DNA of 64,000 nucleotides from Heterodontus francisci. Its lineage: Eukaryota. The position numbers and the translations under genes are program-made. The DNA lies in assembly GCF_036365525.1 (NCBI RefSeq), contig NC_090404.1, positions 6,572,001-6,636,000 of the forward strand, in the 5' to 3' direction. The notes beneath the pieces were generated by a model. That model saw only the letters and a list, made by a program, of their open reading frames with translations, was not told the origin of the DNA and made no database searches. This document shows positions 61,730-64,000 of this stretch, piece by piece (within the stretch, counting starts at the first letter, position 1; every line of letters begins with the position of its first letter).

Positions 61730-63360
61730 ACCTTCTTACGAATATTATTGCCTTCAATTCCTCATTCCCCCAATCCCTTGAAGCTCTAATGCTGGGAGAT
61801 TTCTTGTATCTCCCTCAGTGAAGACAGACACAAAGTAATCATTTAGCTTCTCTGCCATTTCTATCTTCCCCATTATAAATTCTCCTGACTCTGCCTGTAA
61901 TGGGCCCACATTTGTCTTAGCCAAACGTTTCCTTTTTATGGACGCTTTTACAGTCCGTTTTATATTATTTGCTAGCTTACATTTATATTCTATTCTTCCT
62001 TTCTTTATCAGTTTCTTCTTCCTCCTTTGCTATATTCTAAAATCCTCCCAATCCTCAGGTTTACTACTATTTCTGGCAACTTTGTAGATCTTTTCTTTTC
62101 ATCTTATACAATCTTTAACTTACTTCATTAGCCAGGGTTGACTGCTTTTACTTTTGCGGTTTTTGTGCCTTGAAGGAATGTATAGTTGCTGTAAACTATG
62201 TAATATTTCTTTAAGGACTATCCATTGCCTATGCACTGCCATACCTTTTAATGTATTTTCCCAATACACCTCAGCCAATTTGCCCTTCATACCTTTAAAT
62301 TTAACACTCTAGCTTCAGATTGAACTACCTCACTTTCAAACATAATGAAAAATTCTATCATATTATGAACACTCATCCCTTAAGATTTTTTTTTACAACA
62401 AGATTATTAATTAGCCCTTTCTCATTACAAAAAACAAGATCTAAAATATCCTGTTCTCTAGTCGGTTCCTCAACATACAACTCTAGAAAAGCATCCCTAA
62501 CACACTCCAAAAACTCGTCTTCCACGGCATTAGTGCTCTTTAGGTTTACCCAGTCTATATGCAGATTGAACTCACCCATGATTAATGTATTATCCATGGC
62601 ACATGATTCTCTAATCTCCTGATTAATACCATGAACCACACTACCACTACTGTTTGATGGCCTATAAATAACTCCTAACAATGTTTGCTTCTCCTTGCTG
62701 TTTCTTAGCTCCATCCAAACAGATTCCACATTTTGTTCTTCCTATCTGAGATCCTCCTTTACTAAGGTACAGATCATTATTACCCTTATTATCAGCGCAA
62801 CACCATCTCCTTTTCCTTTTTGTCTGTCCTTCCAAAATATCGGATATTTTCAATATTCAGTCCCCAGTCTTGGTCACCCTGTAGCCACGTTTCCGTAATG
62901 GCAATTAAATCATACCCAGTTACCTCTATTTGGGCCCTTAAGTCGTCTACCTTGTTGCGAATGCTGCATGCATTCAGGTAGAGTGACGTTAGCCTTGTCT
63001 TCTTAACATTATTCTGCATTCTAAGCCTAATTGATAATTGCCTTTGTTTTGCCTGCCTTCTAATGTCATTTGCTACTTTTCTACTTCCTGTTATCAGCTA
63101 TACTTCCTTCCAAATTGAACAACCGCTCAGGTTCCCATACCCCTACAGCGAATTTAATCCCTTCCCAATAGCACTAGCAGATCTCCCTGCAAGGATATTC
63201 GTTCCTGTCCTGTTAAGGTGTAGCCAGTCCATCTTGTGCAGGTCCCACCTGCCCCAGAACTGATCCCAATACCTCGGAAATCTGATGCCCTCCCTCCTAC
63301 ACCAATTCTCCAGCCATGTGTTCAATCGATCAACCCTCATATTCCTATGATCACTAGCAA
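61730..63360 (-). mobile_element. Degenerate CR1 (ORF1 end + endonuclease)
   Basis: WLHLNRTG, YLNACSIRNK, AITETW, GEFN remnants. Confidence 0.85.
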
Positions 63361-64000
63361 GATGAGGGTGAAGCAGTTGATGTAGTCTACGTGGACCTCA
63401 GTAAGGCTTTTGATAAGGTCCCGCATGGGAGATTGTTCAAGAAGGTAAGAGCCCATGGGATCCAGGGAAATTTGGCAAATTGGATCAAAAATTGCCTTAG
63501 TGGCAGGAGGCAGAGGGTGATGGTCGAGGGTTGTTTCTGCGAGTGGAAGCCTGTGAGCAGTAGTGTACTGCAGGGATCGGTGCTGGGACCCTTGCTGTTT
63601 GTAGGGTACATTAATGATATAGAAGTGAATATAGCAGGTATGATCAGTAAGTTCGCGAATGACACGAAAATTGGTGGCGTCATAAATAGTGAGGAGGAAA
63701 GCCTTAGATTACAGCACGAAATAGATGGGCTAGTAAGTTGGGCGGAACAATGGCAAATGGAATTTAATCCTAAGAAGTGTGAGGTGATGCATTTTGGGAG
63801 GACTACCAAGGCAAAGGAATAAACAATGGATGGTAGGACCCTAGGAAATACAGAAGCTCAGAGGGACCTTGGTGTACTTGTCCATAGATCACTGAAGGCA
63901 GCAGCAGGGGTAGATAAGGCGGTTAGAAAGGCATATGGGATACTTGCCTTTATTAGTCGAGGCATAGAATATAAGAGCAGGGAGGTTGTGATGGAGCTGT
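63361..64000 (+). mobile_element. CR1 RT fragment running off the window end
   Basis: DLSKAFDKVPH...QGSVLGPLLF...FAND. Confidence 0.9.

Noticed and set aside
5372-63809. Numerous ORFs antisense to CR1 ORF2 (e.g. 5372-5674, 45674-46096, 51163-51546, 63387-63809)
   Set aside because: Shadow frames of the LINE coding sequence that recur in every copy; no independent evidence of function.
1-64000. NAR-TCR cassette (NARV-D-J plus leaderless supporting V-delta), D segments or constant exons
   Set aside because: All intact V segments have their own leaders and 23-class RSSs. I found no 12-RSS-flanked D/J segments and no C1-set exon.

Overview
Vertebrate genomic DNA, most likely from a cartilaginous fish (inferred from the CR1/HER1 LINE, HE1-type V-SINE, Deu-type SINE, Tx1 and Penelope repeat content). 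The window covers part of the V-segment array of a T-cell receptor alpha/delta-type locus. I find 15 V segments or relics between positions 25 and about 41010. Seven look intact (leader exon, GT-AG intron, V exon with both Cys and WYxQ, and an RSS of the 23-bp class). Eight are pseudogenes or relics. No convincing D, J or C exons are visible. The V segments lie in both orientations (7 on +, 8 on -), because the array is built from nested inverted duplications (about 1-6925 vs 35745-39287, and about 25295-26855 vs 33120-35680). It also shows module shuffling: promoter/leader, V exon and RSS-trailer blocks have been swapped between families. Other notable signals are CTCF-consensus motifs at stereotyped V-proximal positions, tandem arrays of CRE/TCR-decamer-like motifs downstream of one V lineage, a CDR2-shortened V family, a V with an IgH-like FR2, and Penelope-derived minimal hammerhead ribozyme motifs. 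From about 41 kb to the end the window is mostly nested LINE/SINE insertions. Coordinates were counted by hand, and repeat boundaries are approximate.
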